A DNA stretch of 26,457 nucleotides from Candidatus Velthaea sp. (GCA_050012475.1 JBEKHC010000074.1:1-26457); one strand, 5' to 3'; counted from the stretch's first letter, positions 10,121 to 21,331 are shown. Notes: generated by a model not told the origin, from the sequence alone. Made by a program: numbers and translations.

Positions 10121-10627
10121 TCAGGCCGCGAGCAGGCCGGCCAGCCGCAGCCGTGCGATCTTCTCGATCTCCCTGAGCGCCGTGGCGATCTCGGCCGCGC
10201 GTTCGTTGCGCGCGCGCTGCTGCAGGCACGCGACAATCGCCGCCTTCTTGTTCTCGCGCACGCACATGACGAACGGAAAACCGAGGCGCGCCGTGTAGGC
10301 GGCGTTGAGCGTTGCGAACATCGCCGCTTCTTCGGGATCGAGCCGATCGAGCCCGGCCGCGGCTTGTTCGCCGGCCGACGCCGGCGAGAGCGTTCCGTTG
10401 CGTGCCGCACGGCCGACCAGATCGGGATGCGCGCGAATGAGCGCCAGTTGCTCGTCGGGCGAAGCGGCAGCAACCGCCGCGCACATCGCGGCGTGAAGCT
10501 CGGCGGCGTCCGCGAAGGGCCGGAGCGGCCGCGCGCGCGCGGCGACCCACGGCGAATCCTCGAAGATGAAGCCGAGCGCCGCGACGAACGTGCCTTCGTC
10601 GGCGGCGTTGAGTTCGTCGAGCGTCAT
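10121..10627 (-). CDS. uraD: OHCU decarboxylase
   Basis: MTLDELN, IFEDSPWVA, LIRAHPDL, EQAAAGL, LNAAY...GFPFV.CVR and ALREIEKIARLRL. Confidence 0.93.
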   Translation of the reverse strand: MTLDELNAADEGTFVAALGFIFEDSPWVAARARPLRPFADAAELHAAMCAAVAAASPDEQLALIRAHPDLVGRAARNGTLSPASAGEQAAAGLDRLDPEEAAMFATLNAAYTARLGFPFVMCVRENKKAAIVACLQQRARNERAAEIATALREIEKIARLRLAGLLAA

Positions 10628-10639
10628 GAGGTACGATTC

Positions 10640-11992
10640 ATCGGGACACTCCTGATCCGCGACGCGGCGCTGATTGCCACCTTCGACGCCGCCGAGCGCG
10701 AGCTGCGCGGCGGGTCGATCTTGATCGCCGATCGGGCGATCGCCGCGGTCGGACCCGCGACCGAACTGCCGCAGCATGCCGATCGCGTGATCGACGCGCG
10801 CAATCTGGTGGTCCTGCCCGGGCTAGTGAACACGCACCATCATTTCACGCAGACGCTTACGCGTGCCGTTCCGCGCGCGCAGGATGCGAAGCTGTTCGAT
10901 TGGCTCGTGACGTTGTATCCGATCTGGGCGCGCATCGACGCGCACGCCATGCGGGTGAGCACGGCCGTTGCGATCGCCGAACTGATGCTCTCGGGCTGCA
11001 CTACCGCCAGCGACCACACCTACCTTTGGCCCGAAGGAACGTCGCTGGACGATCAAATCGAGGTCGCCCGCGAATTCGGGTTGCGTTTTCACGCCGCGCG
11101 CGGCTCGATGTCGATCGGCCGTTCGCAAGGCGGGCTGCCCCCCGACGGCGTCGTGGAAAACGAAGCCGCGATTCTGCGCGATTCGCAGCGGCTCATCGCG
11201 GCCTATCACGATCGCGCACGCTTCGCGATGACGCGCATCGTGCTCGCGCCGTGCTCGCCGTTTTCGGTTTCGCCGGATCTCATGCGCGAGAGCGCTGCCC
11301 TCGCGCGCAGCACCGGCGTGAGTCTGCACACCCACCTGTGTGAAACGCTCGACGAAGAACGGTACTGCTTGGAGCGCTACGGGCTGCGGCCGGTCGAGTT
11401 GGCGGCGGAACTCGACTGGATCGGACCCGATGTCTGGTTCGCCCACATGGTGCATCCGTCGCCGGTCGAGATCGAACGCCTGGGTCGAACGCGGACCGGC
11501 GCCGCGCATTGTCCCAACTCCAACCTGCGCTTGGGGTCGGGCATCGCGCCGCTGGGTGCGATGGCGGCCGCCGGGATGCGGCTGGGGCTGGGCGTCGACG
11601 GCTCTGCATCCAACGATGCCTCGCACGTGCTGGGCGAAGCGCGCGCGGCGATGCTGCTTCAGCGCGCCGGCGGCGATCCGGCGGCACTGGGAGCCCGCGG
11701 CGCGCTGCACCTGGCCACGCGCGGAGGCGCCGCGGTTCTGGGTCGCGACGATATCGGCGCCCTCGAACCGGGGATGGCCGCCGACCTCATCGGCCTGCGC
11801 ATCGACACCTTGGCCATGGCCGGCGCCGCGGTGCACGATCCGCTCGCCGCGATCGTGTTCACGGCACCGTCGACGGTCGACTTGAGCATCATCGACGGCC
11901 GGGTGCGGATCGAAGCCGGCGAGCTCCTCGGCATCGACATTCCGGCGCTGGTGGCGGAACACAACCGCTGCGCGCGAGCGCTGTTGGCCTGA
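10640..11992 (+). CDS. 8-oxoguanine deaminase / AtzB-like amidohydrolase
   Basis: PGLVNTHHHF.QTLTR, LFDWL..LYPIW, SGCTTASDH.Y, RGSMS.G.S.GGLPPD, APCSPFSVS, HTHL.ET, HCP.SN.RLGSG and GVDGSASND. The start is uncertain: the typical N-terminus (xGTLLIR) begins at ATC 10640. Confidence 0.85.
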   Translation: MGTLLIRDAALIATFDAAERELRGGSILIADRAIAAVGPATELPQHADRVIDARNLVVLPGLVNTHHHFTQTLTRAVPRAQDAKLFDWLVTLYPIWARIDAHAMRVSTAVAIAELMLSGCTTASDHTYLWPEGTSLDDQIEVAREFGLRFHAARGSMSIGRSQGGLPPDGVVENEAAILRDSQRLIAAYHDRARFAMTRIVLAPCSPFSVSPDLMRESAALARSTGVSLHTHLCETLDEERYCLERYGLRPVELAAELDWIGPDVWFAHMVHPSPVEIERLGRTRTGAAHCPNSNLRLGSGIAPLGAMAAAGMRLGLGVDGSASNDASHVLGEARAAMLLQRAGGDPAALGARGALHLATRGGAAVLGRDDIGALEPGMAADLIGLRIDTLAMAGAAVHDPLAAIVFTAPSTVDLSIIDGRVRIEAGELLGIDIPALVAEHNRCARALLA

Positions 11993-12050
11993 ACGCGCCC
12001 CGGCCTTCGGACCGGAATGTTCGGGCGCCGGATGGAAGGCCGTCGTCGAG

Positions 12051-12848
12051 ATGGCAGAGTTTTCAGCGGCTGCAGCGCGCACGATCGAGGATGTGGCGCG
12101 GCGTCATGGCTTTAGCCCGGATGCGGTCGCGACGATGCTGCGCGCGGTGCGCGCCGGTCACGGCGGGATGGCACAATTCAACCACCCCGAGTTCGGCGGG
12201 TCGGGCCAGTGGATGCGCGGCGGCATGACGATGGTCGGGAACATGTTCGATTCCGCGCTCAAAGCCCGCGTCGAGCGCCTGTGCGACGAGCTTTCGCAGA
12301 TCGTCGAACGCGAGCCGCCGATCGCCGCCGAGGAGCGCGCGGGGCGCGGCGGATGGTGGCCTCCCGAACTCGGCGTCCCAAACAGCGCCGGTTCGCAAAA
12401 CGAGATGCGTTACGCGTACTTTGCCGCAGCGCGTCGGTTGGCCATCGACCTCGGCGGCAGCGTCACGATCTACGATACACTCGATCACCGCATCGGCGGC
12501 ATCGCACAGCAACAGGCCGGACATGGGACGCTGGCCTTCACCAGCCAGCACGGCGTGGTCGATCTCGGCGGGTTACCGCGCGTCTCACCCGACCTGCGCG
12601 CGCAGCCGAGCCCAGTACCCGGCCACCGCGCCCAGTCCAGCCCGGACCCCGGCCACCCGGTGCAGCCCAGCCCGGAACCCGGCCAGCGTGCAGTACCATC
12701 GCCGCCGGCGGCTGTTCGCGCGCCGGAAACGGCGCCCGGACACGATGTCGTCGGCACGATCGAGAAGCTGGCCGAACTGCACCGCAAGGGCATCCTCACC
12801 GATGCCGAGTTTTCAGCGAAGAAAACCGAACTGCTCGGGCGGCTCTGA
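12051..12848 (+). CDS. SHOCT domain-containing protein
   Basis: MAQFNHPEFGGSGQWM.GGMTM, WWP.ELG.P...GSQN..RYAYF and a C-terminal IEKLAELH.KGILT..EF..KK.ELL.RL SHOCT motif. Confidence 0.8.
   Translation: MAEFSAAAARTIEDVARRHGFSPDAVATMLRAVRAGHGGMAQFNHPEFGGSGQWMRGGMTMVGNMFDSALKARVERLCDELSQIVEREPPIAAEERAGRGGWWPPELGVPNSAGSQNEMRYAYFAAARRLAIDLGGSVTIYDTLDHRIGGIAQQQAGHGTLAFTSQHGVVDLGGLPRVSPDLRAQPSPVPGHRAQSSPDPGHPVQPSPEPGQRAVPSPPAAVRAPETAPGHDVVGTIEKLAELHRKGILTDAEFSAKKTELLGRL
12600..12689 (+). repeat. Three imperfect 30-bp tandem repeats encoding a Pro-rich 10-aa linker unit
   Basis: gcgcagccgagcccagtacccggccaccgc / gcccagtccagcccggaccccggccacccg / gtgcagcccagcccggaacccggccagcgt (AQPSPVPGHR, AQSSPDPGHP, VQPSPEPGQR). 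Confidence 0.85.
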
Positions 12849-12851
12849 ACG

Positions 12852-14096
12852 ATGTCGAACGGCAAACCAGCGATGATCGAGGCCTTCTTGGTTCGGCAGC
12901 AGCTGGATGCGACGCGCGTCGAGGACGTGGCGGCGGCGGTCGCGCAGGCGTTCGGGCAGGCGCGCGCGCGTGAGCGCATCGCACCGGGGGCGTCGATTGC
13001 GATCACGGCGGGCAGCCGCGGCATCGATAAGATCGTCGAGGTTCTGGCTGCGGTGGTCAGCGAAGTGCGGCGCATCGGCGGGATCCCATTCGTCACCACC
13101 GCGATGGGGTCGCACGGCGGCGCCACGGACGTCGGGCAGCGCGAGGTGCTGACCGGTTACGGCATCACCGAGGAGGCCGTGGGGTGCGAGATCCGTTCGT
13201 CGATGGACGTCGTGTCGCTCGGCACGGCGGTCAACGGCGACGAAGTGTTTTGCGATCGCAATGCGGCCACGGCCGGCGGCATCGTCGTCGTCGGCCGGGT
13301 CAAGCCGCATTCGATCCTGACCGGCGCGCTGGGCAGCGGCTTGCTCAAGATGACGGCGATCGGACTCGGAAACCAGCGCGGTGCCGACGCGATTCACGTG
13401 GGCGGCGTGCAGCAGCACCTCGTCCCCTGCGCGCGCCACGTTCTCGCCCACGCGCCGATCGCGTTCGGCATTGCGCTGGTCGAAAATCCGCGCGACGAAC
13501 TCGCGCTCGTGCGCGGCGTCGTTCCGGCGGACTTCGAGGCCGCCGACCGCGAGCTGCTGGACTACGTGCGGGCGCGCTCGCCCGCGTTGCCGTTCGATCC
13601 GCTCGACGTGCTGGTGGTCGACTTCATCGGCAAAGATATTTCGGGCGCGGGGATGGATCCCAACGTGATCGGCATGTGGCGGCGCAACGGCGGCGCGCCG
13701 GACCGGCAGATCGGGCGCATCGTCGCGCTCGACCTCACGCCGCAATCGCACGGCAATGCGACGGGCGTCGGCATGGCGGACGTGATTACCGAGCAACTCC
13801 GCGCCAAGATCGATTTCAAGGCGATGTACACGAACGCGCTCACCAGCAATTTTCTGTGGGGTGCGAAAGTGCCGCTGACGGTCGGCAGCGCGCGCGAGGC
13901 GATCGAGTTGGCCTGCCGTCCGTTCGCGCCGGACCGTTTGCGCTGCGTGCGCCTGCGCGACACCGCGCATTTGGAGTATCTGCTGGTGTCACGCGCGCTG
14001 CTCGATGCAGCAGGTGCCGATGGGACGCTCGAGCGGGTCGAGGGCGGAGCGGTCGCACTGGATGCCGGCACCGAGGTTTGGTCGGCTCGCGTCTAG
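12852..14096 (+). CDS. LarA-like N-terminal (DUF2088/DUF362-type) domain protein, function unknown
   Basis: IAITAGSRGI, AMGSHGGAT..GQ, RVKPH, SGLLKM..IGLG, GKDISGAGMDPNVIG and SHGNATGVG.AD. Confidence 0.75.
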   Translation: MSNGKPAMIEAFLVRQQLDATRVEDVAAAVAQAFGQARARERIAPGASIAITAGSRGIDKIVEVLAAVVSEVRRIGGIPFVTTAMGSHGGATDVGQREVLTGYGITEEAVGCEIRSSMDVVSLGTAVNGDEVFCDRNAATAGGIVVVGRVKPHSILTGALGSGLLKMTAIGLGNQRGADAIHVGGVQQHLVPCARHVLAHAPIAFGIALVENPRDELALVRGVVPADFEAADRELLDYVRARSPALPFDPLDVLVVDFIGKDISGAGMDPNVIGMWRRNGGAPDRQIGRIVALDLTPQSHGNATGVGMADVITEQLRAKIDFKAMYTNALTSNFLWGAKVPLTVGSAREAIELACRPFAPDRLRCVRLRDTAHLEYLLVSRALLDAAGADGTLERVEGGAVALDAGTEVWSARV

Positions 14097-14102
14097 CAGA
14101 TC

Positions 14103-14141
14103 CGGCTTCGCTCGACGCCTCGGCTTCGCTCGACAACCCGG
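14103..14141. repeat. REP-like intergenic direct repeat CGGCTTCGCTCGAC x2
   Basis: Copies at 14103-14116 and 14121-14134, the second followed by AACCCGG. The same motif plus GAACCCGG occurs at 21222-21243. Confidence 0.7.
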
Positions 14142-14173
14142 CAAAACCCAACGGGCTTGTGGCGCGCCGGCGT

Positions 14174-14872
14174 TTATGCGGACGAGAGTTCCGCCGCGAC
14201 GTCGGCGGCCAGCCGTTGAAAATACTCGTCGCACCACGTGTTCCACTTATTTTGGTAGAAGCCGGGCGGCGCCAAGCTCGGGATCGGGTAGACCAGCGGG
14301 TTGTAATCCGAGCGTCCGGGTCGGCCCTTCGCGACCTTGTCGTCGGGTCTGGTCGGCGCCGCCGGCCAGTGTTTCCCGGGCAGCACGAGCTTGAAGCGGT
14401 CGAAGGTCGATTTACCGTGCACGATGAGGACGCGGGGCCGGATCATCGCCAGCAGAAAATCGAAAATCTCGCCGCCGCGCTGGCTGCCGCCGCGGTGAAT
14501 CGGCTCGAAGAGATCGGTGCTCGTCGGAGTCGAATAGCAGATGGCGTTGGTTTCGACGATGCCCTCGACGCCGGCCGCATTGAGTTGTTCCACTAACCGA
14601 TCGATGTTTTTCCGTGTCGGCGATGGGCCTTTAACGCCGGCGATTTCGTCGTACAGTCCGCGGCAGGTGAGACGGTTGCGGTTAAAGAGTGCGTCGACGT
14701 GGCGGCTTTGGGCGCCGATCCGGTCGGTGGGATAGTTTCGTGACGGATTTTTCCCGACGACGAAGACGTCGGCGTTCGCGGGGTCGCGAAGCTTTGTCAT
14801 CCAGGGCCGCGGATACTGACCGTTGAGCGGTTGCGTCAGCTTCCAAATCCCTGCTTCGAGTTCATCCCTCAT
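14174..14872 (-). CDS. Hypothetical protein with uracil-DNA-glycosylase-like fold motifs
   Basis: ADVFVVGKNP (motif-A-like), ETNAICYSTP, IRPRVLIVHG and IPSLAPP (motif-B position). ATG 14872 has GGAG 6 nt upstream. Confidence 0.55.
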   Translation of the reverse strand: MRDELEAGIWKLTQPLNGQYPRPWMTKLRDPANADVFVVGKNPSRNYPTDRIGAQSRHVDALFNRNRLTCRGLYDEIAGVKGPSPTRKNIDRLVEQLNAAGVEGIVETNAICYSTPTSTDLFEPIHRGGSQRGGEIFDFLLAMIRPRVLIVHGKSTFDRFKLVLPGKHWPAAPTRPDDKVAKGRPGRSDYNPLVYPIPSLAPPGFYQNKWNTWCDEYFQRLAADVAAELSSA

Positions 14873-14903
14873 GTTCGACTCCAAGACCTCCGGGCACGGA
14901 TGC

Positions 14904-17122
14904 TCAGAGCATTCGCGCGTCAGGCGCCGCGACCCGCGTCGTCAGCGCAGGGGCTGCGGCAGCAGCGTTAACGCGGTCGCGCGCAGCGTCGATCGCGCGC
15001 AAGACCCGCTCGGGCGTCATCGGCAAGTCATTGAGCCAAGCGCCGGTCGCGTCGTGGATTGCCGCGGCGACCGCCGGTGCGAACGGCACGAGCGGCATCT
15101 CCGCCATGCCGCGGGCGCCGTACGGACCGTGGGGATCGGCGAGTTCCATGATGACGGGATAGATTTCGGCCGGCATGTCGAGCGCGGTCGGCAGCAGATA
15201 CGAACTGAAGTGCGGTGTGAGCACGACACCGTCGCGCGCGATGAAATGCTCGGTGAGGGCGTAGCCGACGGCCTGCGCGAGGCAGCCTTCGATCTGACCT
15301 TCGACTTGTTGCGGATTGATCGCGCGGCCGACGTCATGCACGCTGATGATGCGCAGCACACGAGTGAGACCGGTGCTGATGTCGACCTCGACTTCGACGG
15401 CTTGCGCCGCGTAGCCGTAACAATAGTTGGGATCGCCTTCGCCGGTCGTGCGATCGAGCGGGGTCGTCGGCTTGGGCCGGAACACAACCGTGGCGCAGGT
15501 GCCCAGACCGGCGCGAAAGTTTGCTTCGGCTGCCGCTGCGGCGTCGTGAACGGCGCGCCCCGCCATGTACGTCATGCGCGAAGCGGAAGCCGAACCGGCG
15601 TTGGGCGCCTGCGCGCTGTCGTCATTCACGAGCGCGACCGCCGTGAGCGGCAAGCCGAGCCGTTCGGCGCCGATCTGGCGCACGATGAGGGCGACGCCTT
15701 GACCGACATCCGCGACGCCGATGCGGATGACGGCGCGCTCGATGTTCGCGCTGCCGATCAATTCGACGGTCGCGGTGGCTTGTTCGGGAAAGCCAAACGA
15801 ATAGCCGACGTTCTTGATCCCGCTGGCGATCCCGATTCCGCGCCGCTTCGTCGACGGCGCGCCGTTCGAGCGGTGCGGCTCGAAACGCGCGCGCGCTTCG
15901 GCCGCGCAGCGTTCGAGCACCGGCAGCGCGCTGACGCCGGGCGGGAGCACGTTGCGGGTTGCCTCCGTGTCGCCTTCGCGGTAGAGGTTTTTGCGGCGAA
16001 TCTCGACCGGATCGAGTTCGAGCGCGTGCGCAATGCGCGCAATCATCGATTCGGCCGCCCAATGCGCCTGCGGGGCGCCGAAGCCTCGAAACGCGCCGCT
16101 GGGCACATTGTTGGTGTACGCAACATACGCGTCGGTCGCGATGTTGGGCACGCGATAGGGTCCCTGGGCGAAAATCGCTGCGACCTTGATGACTTCGACG
16201 CTCGTCGATGCATACGCGCCGCCGTCCGCGACGCTGCGCGTTTGCACGGCGACGATCGTGCCGTCGCGTTTGGCGCCCCAGCGCGCGGTGATGTGAAACG
16301 GATGGCGCTTGTGATGGCCTGCGATCGTTTCTTCGCGATTCCACACGATCGCCGCCGGACGCTTGAGTTTCCACGCCGCGAGCGCTGCCAGCGCCTGCAC
16401 GCCGAGGTCTTCGCGTCCACCGAATGCGCCGCCGATTTTCGCATAACGCACGATGACGCTGGCTTCGTCGAGTCCGAAGATCGCCGCGAGCTGGCGGCGG
16501 TCCTCGTGCAGCCATTGGCCCGCCGTTTCGACCACGAGCGCGGAGCCCTCGTAGTACGCCACGGCGGCATCGGGCTGCAGATAGGCGTGTTCTTGCCACG
16601 ACGTCGTGAACGTTTCTTCGAGCACGAGGTCGGCTTGCGCGAACGCGCGCTCGGCGTCACCCTTGCGGATCGCTTGATGAAACAGCAGGTTGGTTCCGCG
16701 CGCCTGATGCACGAGCGGCGCCCCCGGCAGCAGCGCCTCGAGCGCATCGGTGACCGCGGGCAGATTCTCGTACGTAACGTCGACCAAGGCCGCGGCGGCC
16801 GCCGCGATCTGCGGTGTCGTCGCGACGACGAGCGCGACGCGGTCGCCGGCGTAGCGCACGCGCTCGCTGCACAGCACTTCCTGATCGTCCGCGATGAGGC
16901 CGTAGCGGTTGTGCGGCACGTCGCCGGCGGTCAAGACGGCGAGCACGCCGGGCAGTGCGCACGCCCGGGTGACCTCGATCGCGACGATGCGCGCGTGAAC
17001 GCGCTGCGCGAAAACGGCCTTTCCATGGGCCATGCCGGGCCGAACGAGGTCGGCGGGATAGCGCGCGGCGCCGGTCACTTTGTCACGCGCGTCGGGCCGG
17101 GCGACCGACGCGCCGACGAGCG

Positions 17123-17126
<4 letters not shown>
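14904..17126 (-). CDS. Xanthine dehydrogenase family molybdopterin-binding subunit
   Basis: RPDARDKVTG.ARY, QEHAYLQP, IGGAFGGRED, GAFRGFGAPQ, DVGQG, HDVGRAINP..VEGQIEG and GPYGARGMAE (catalytic Glu position). ATG 17126 overlaps the upstream stop. Confidence 0.93.
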
Positions 17127-18559
<1,433 letters not shown>

Positions 18560-18647
18560 CTCGCGCCTATTCTCGGGCGTGCGGAAGCGCTCTTGCGCCC
18601 ATCGGCCCGTTCGCGCTATCCTCGATACTTCTTTTGATGAGGTCAGC

Positions 18648-19952
18648 TTGGAAGAGTCGTCACTGGGCGCGCCGGTATCGGCGCCGCTTTCGCGCATGGA
18701 AGCGCTGATCGAAGCCAATCGATGTTTGACCTGTTACGACGCCCCGTGCATCGCCGCATGTCCGACGAGCATCGACATCCCCGCCTTCATCAAGAAAATA
18801 GCGACCGGCAACATGCTGGGCAGCGCCCGTACCATTTTGAGCGCGAACCCGCTGGGTGCAAGCTGCGCACGGGTCTGTCCGACCGACGAACTCTGCGAGG
18901 GCGCCTGCGTGTACGCCGCGGACGCGACGCCGATTCGCATCGGCAATCTGCAGCGCTACGCGCTCGATTGGCTCATGGCCAACGACCGTGCGCTGTTTTC
19001 CCCCGGCCCCGCGACGGGAAAACGCGTCGCCATCGTGGGCGCCGGACCGGCGGGCCTGGCGGCCGCGCGGGACTTGGCGTTGGCCGGCCACAGCGTGACG
19101 GTGCTCGAACGCCGGCCCGAAGCGGGCGGCCTCAATACCTACGGGATCGTCCCGTTTCGCTTGCCGGTCGATGTGGCGCGCTGGGAAACGGCGCAAGTCG
19201 CGCGGCTCGGCGTGACGATCCGCACCCGCGTGGAGGTCGGCAGCGACGTCACGCCCGACGAACTGCTGGGCCGCCACGATGCGGTGATTTTGGCCGTCGG
19301 CATGGGCGCGGTTCCGGCGCTGGGTATCCCGGGCGAGGAATTGCACGGCGTCGAGGATGCGCTCGACGTCATCGAACGGGCGAAGTTCGGGCGGCCCGTT
19401 GCGTTGGGTCAGCGCGTCGCCGTAATCGGCGCCGGCAACACCGCGGTCGACGCGGCGACCACCTCGCGCCGGCTGGGTGCGGAGTTCGTAACGATGTGGT
19501 ACCGCCGCGGACCCGGCGACATGACGGCGTACCCGTTCGAGGTTGCGTTCGCGCGCAGCGAGGGTGTCGCGCTCCGTTTCCATCGGCTGCCGCTGCGGAT
19601 CGACGGCGTCGACGGAACGGTCACGTCGCTGACGTTCGCTCAGACCATGGTGATCGACGGCGTTCCGCTGCCGGTCCCGGGCACGCACGAGACGGTTGAA
19701 GTCGACACCGTGATCCGGGCCATCGGACAATCGAAGTTGACGGCCCTGCTCGCCGACTTCGGCGTGCGGCACGAACGCGGCGTTCCCGTCGTCGACGAAC
19801 ATCTTCGCACCTCGAATCCGCGGGTGTACGCGGCGGGTGATTGCATCTTCCGGGCCGGCGTGACCGACGCGATGGTCGTCGTCGCGGCGCAGCAAGGCAA
19901 AGACGTCGCAGCGCACGTCGACCGCGCTCTGCATCAAGGAGTGGCGGCATAA
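18648..19952 (+). CDS. preT: NAD-dependent dihydropyrimidine dehydrogenase subunit PreT (GltD-like)
   Basis: EANRCLTCYDAPCIAACPTSIDIP, CARVCP..LCEGAC, GAGPAGL and GAGNTAVD; directly upstream of preA. Start probably TTG 18648 with a GAGG SD. Confidence 0.9.
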   Translation: MEESSLGAPVSAPLSRMEALIEANRCLTCYDAPCIAACPTSIDIPAFIKKIATGNMLGSARTILSANPLGASCARVCPTDELCEGACVYAADATPIRIGNLQRYALDWLMANDRALFSPGPATGKRVAIVGAGPAGLAAARDLALAGHSVTVLERRPEAGGLNTYGIVPFRLPVDVARWETAQVARLGVTIRTRVEVGSDVTPDELLGRHDAVILAVGMGAVPALGIPGEELHGVEDALDVIERAKFGRPVALGQRVAVIGAGNTAVDAATTSRRLGAEFVTMWYRRGPGDMTAYPFEVAFARSEGVALRFHRLPLRIDGVDGTVTSLTFAQTMVIDGVPLPVPGTHETVEVDTVIRAIGQSKLTALLADFGVRHERGVPVVDEHLRTSNPRVYAAGDCIFRAGVTDAMVVVAAQQGKDVAAHVDRALHQGVAA

Positions 19953-21209
19953 ATGGCCGACCTATCGATCGATCTGGCGGGAATCCGTTCGCCCAATCCG
20001 TTTTGGCTGGCTTCGGCGCCGCCCACCAACAGCGGCTATCAAGTGCAGCGCGCTTTTGCGGCCGGCTGGGGCGGGGCGGTGTGGAAGACGCTGGGCGATC
20101 CGATCGTCAACGTGACCTCGCGCTTCGCCGGGATCGGGTACGGGTCGAGCCGGATGATGGGGATGAACAACATCGAGCTCATCACCGATCGGCCGCTCGA
20201 GGACAATCTGCGCGAGATCGCCGCGTGCAAAGCAGCCTATCCGGACCGCGCGATCGTCGCGTCGCTGATGATGGAGATGAACCGCGAGCGCTGGCACGCG
20301 CTCGTCAACGCCGTGCAAGAAGTCGCCGTCGACGGCTTCGAGTTGAATTTCGGCTGTCCGCACGGGATGTCGGAACGCGGCATGGGGTCGGCGGTGGGCC
20401 AGGATCCCGAGCTCATCGAATTGTGCACGCGCTGGGTGGTCGAAGTTTCGCGGGTTCCCGTCATCGTGAAGCTGACGCCCAACATCACCGACGTGCGGAT
20501 CGCGGCGCGGGCCGCGCAGCGCGGGGGCGCGCATGCGGTCAGCATGATCAATACGATCAACAGCCTCATCGGCGTCGATCTCGATTCGTGGAACCCCATT
20601 CCGCATGTCGACGGCCGCGGCGCGCATGGCGGCTATTGCGGACCGGCCGTCAAGCCGATCGCGCTCAACATGGTCGCTGACTGCGCGCGCGACGCGCAGG
20701 TCGGCATCCCAATCAGCGGCATCGGCGGAATCGCGACCTGGAAAGACGCGGCGGAGTTCCTGCTCATGGGCGCGAGCACGGTGCAAGTCTGCACGGCGGT
20801 CATGCACCACGGCTTCGGCATCGTCGAAGACATGATCGACGGTCTGTCGAATTATCTCGACGAGCGCGGGATTGCGTCGGTGCGCGAGATCGTCGGCAAA
20901 AGCGTCCCCAAGTTCGTCGACTGGAACGACCTCAACCTCGACTACCGGATCGTCGCCAGCATCGACCCGCTGGCCTGCATCAACTGCAATAAGTGCTATG
21001 TCGCCTGCGAAGACGCCGCGCATCAGTGCATCGATCGGGTCCGCGATGCACTGGGCGGAACGACGCTGATCGTGGACAGCGAGCACTGCGTGGGGTGCAA
21101 TCTGTGCCAGATGGTCTGCCCGGTCGAAGGCTGCATCACGATGGTCCGCACCGACGACGGCGCGAAAGCCACGACCTGGCGCGACCGCTCGCTGGCGCCC
21201 GCTACCTAG
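19953..21209 (+). CDS. preA: NAD-dependent dihydropyrimidine dehydrogenase subunit PreA
   Basis: PNPFWLASAPPT, NNIELITDR, ELNFGCPHGMSERGMGSAVGQ, KLTPN, HGGYCGPAVKPIAL and two C-terminal ferredoxin motifs (CINCNKC, CVGCNLC); AAGGAG SD. Confidence 0.96.
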   Translation: MADLSIDLAGIRSPNPFWLASAPPTNSGYQVQRAFAAGWGGAVWKTLGDPIVNVTSRFAGIGYGSSRMMGMNNIELITDRPLEDNLREIAACKAAYPDRAIVASLMMEMNRERWHALVNAVQEVAVDGFELNFGCPHGMSERGMGSAVGQDPELIELCTRWVVEVSRVPVIVKLTPNITDVRIAARAAQRGGAHAVSMINTINSLIGVDLDSWNPIPHVDGRGAHGGYCGPAVKPIALNMVADCARDAQVGIPISGIGGIATWKDAAEFLLMGASTVQVCTAVMHHGFGIVEDMIDGLSNYLDERGIASVREIVGKSVPKFVDWNDLNLDYRIVASIDPLACINCNKCYVACEDAAHQCIDRVRDALGGTTLIVDSEHCVGCNLCQMVCPVEGCITMVRTDDGAKATTWRDRSLAPAT

Positions 21210-21211
21210 AT

Positions 21212-21267
21212 GGGTTCGTCTCGGCTTCGCTCGACGAACCCGGTGGATTCGGCTTCGCCGAATCCAC
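21212..21267. repeat. Tandem pair of stem-loops (REP-like or processing/terminator element)
   Basis: gggttcgtc..gacgaaccc (9-bp stem, 21212-21241) and gtggattcggc-ttc-gccgaatccac (perfect 11-bp stem, 21243-21267). Both contain GGCTTCGC. Confidence 0.75.
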
Positions 21268-21331
21268 TTGAGAAGGCGAGCTTGGGGTGCGCGCGAGGGC
21301 TGCCGGCGGGTGCGCGGAGAATTTCGCGGTC

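Noticed and set aside
12600..12689. Possible CRISPR array or mobile-element repeat
   Set aside because: The units are contiguous, have no spacers and lie in frame within a CDS. No cas or transposase genes are in the window.
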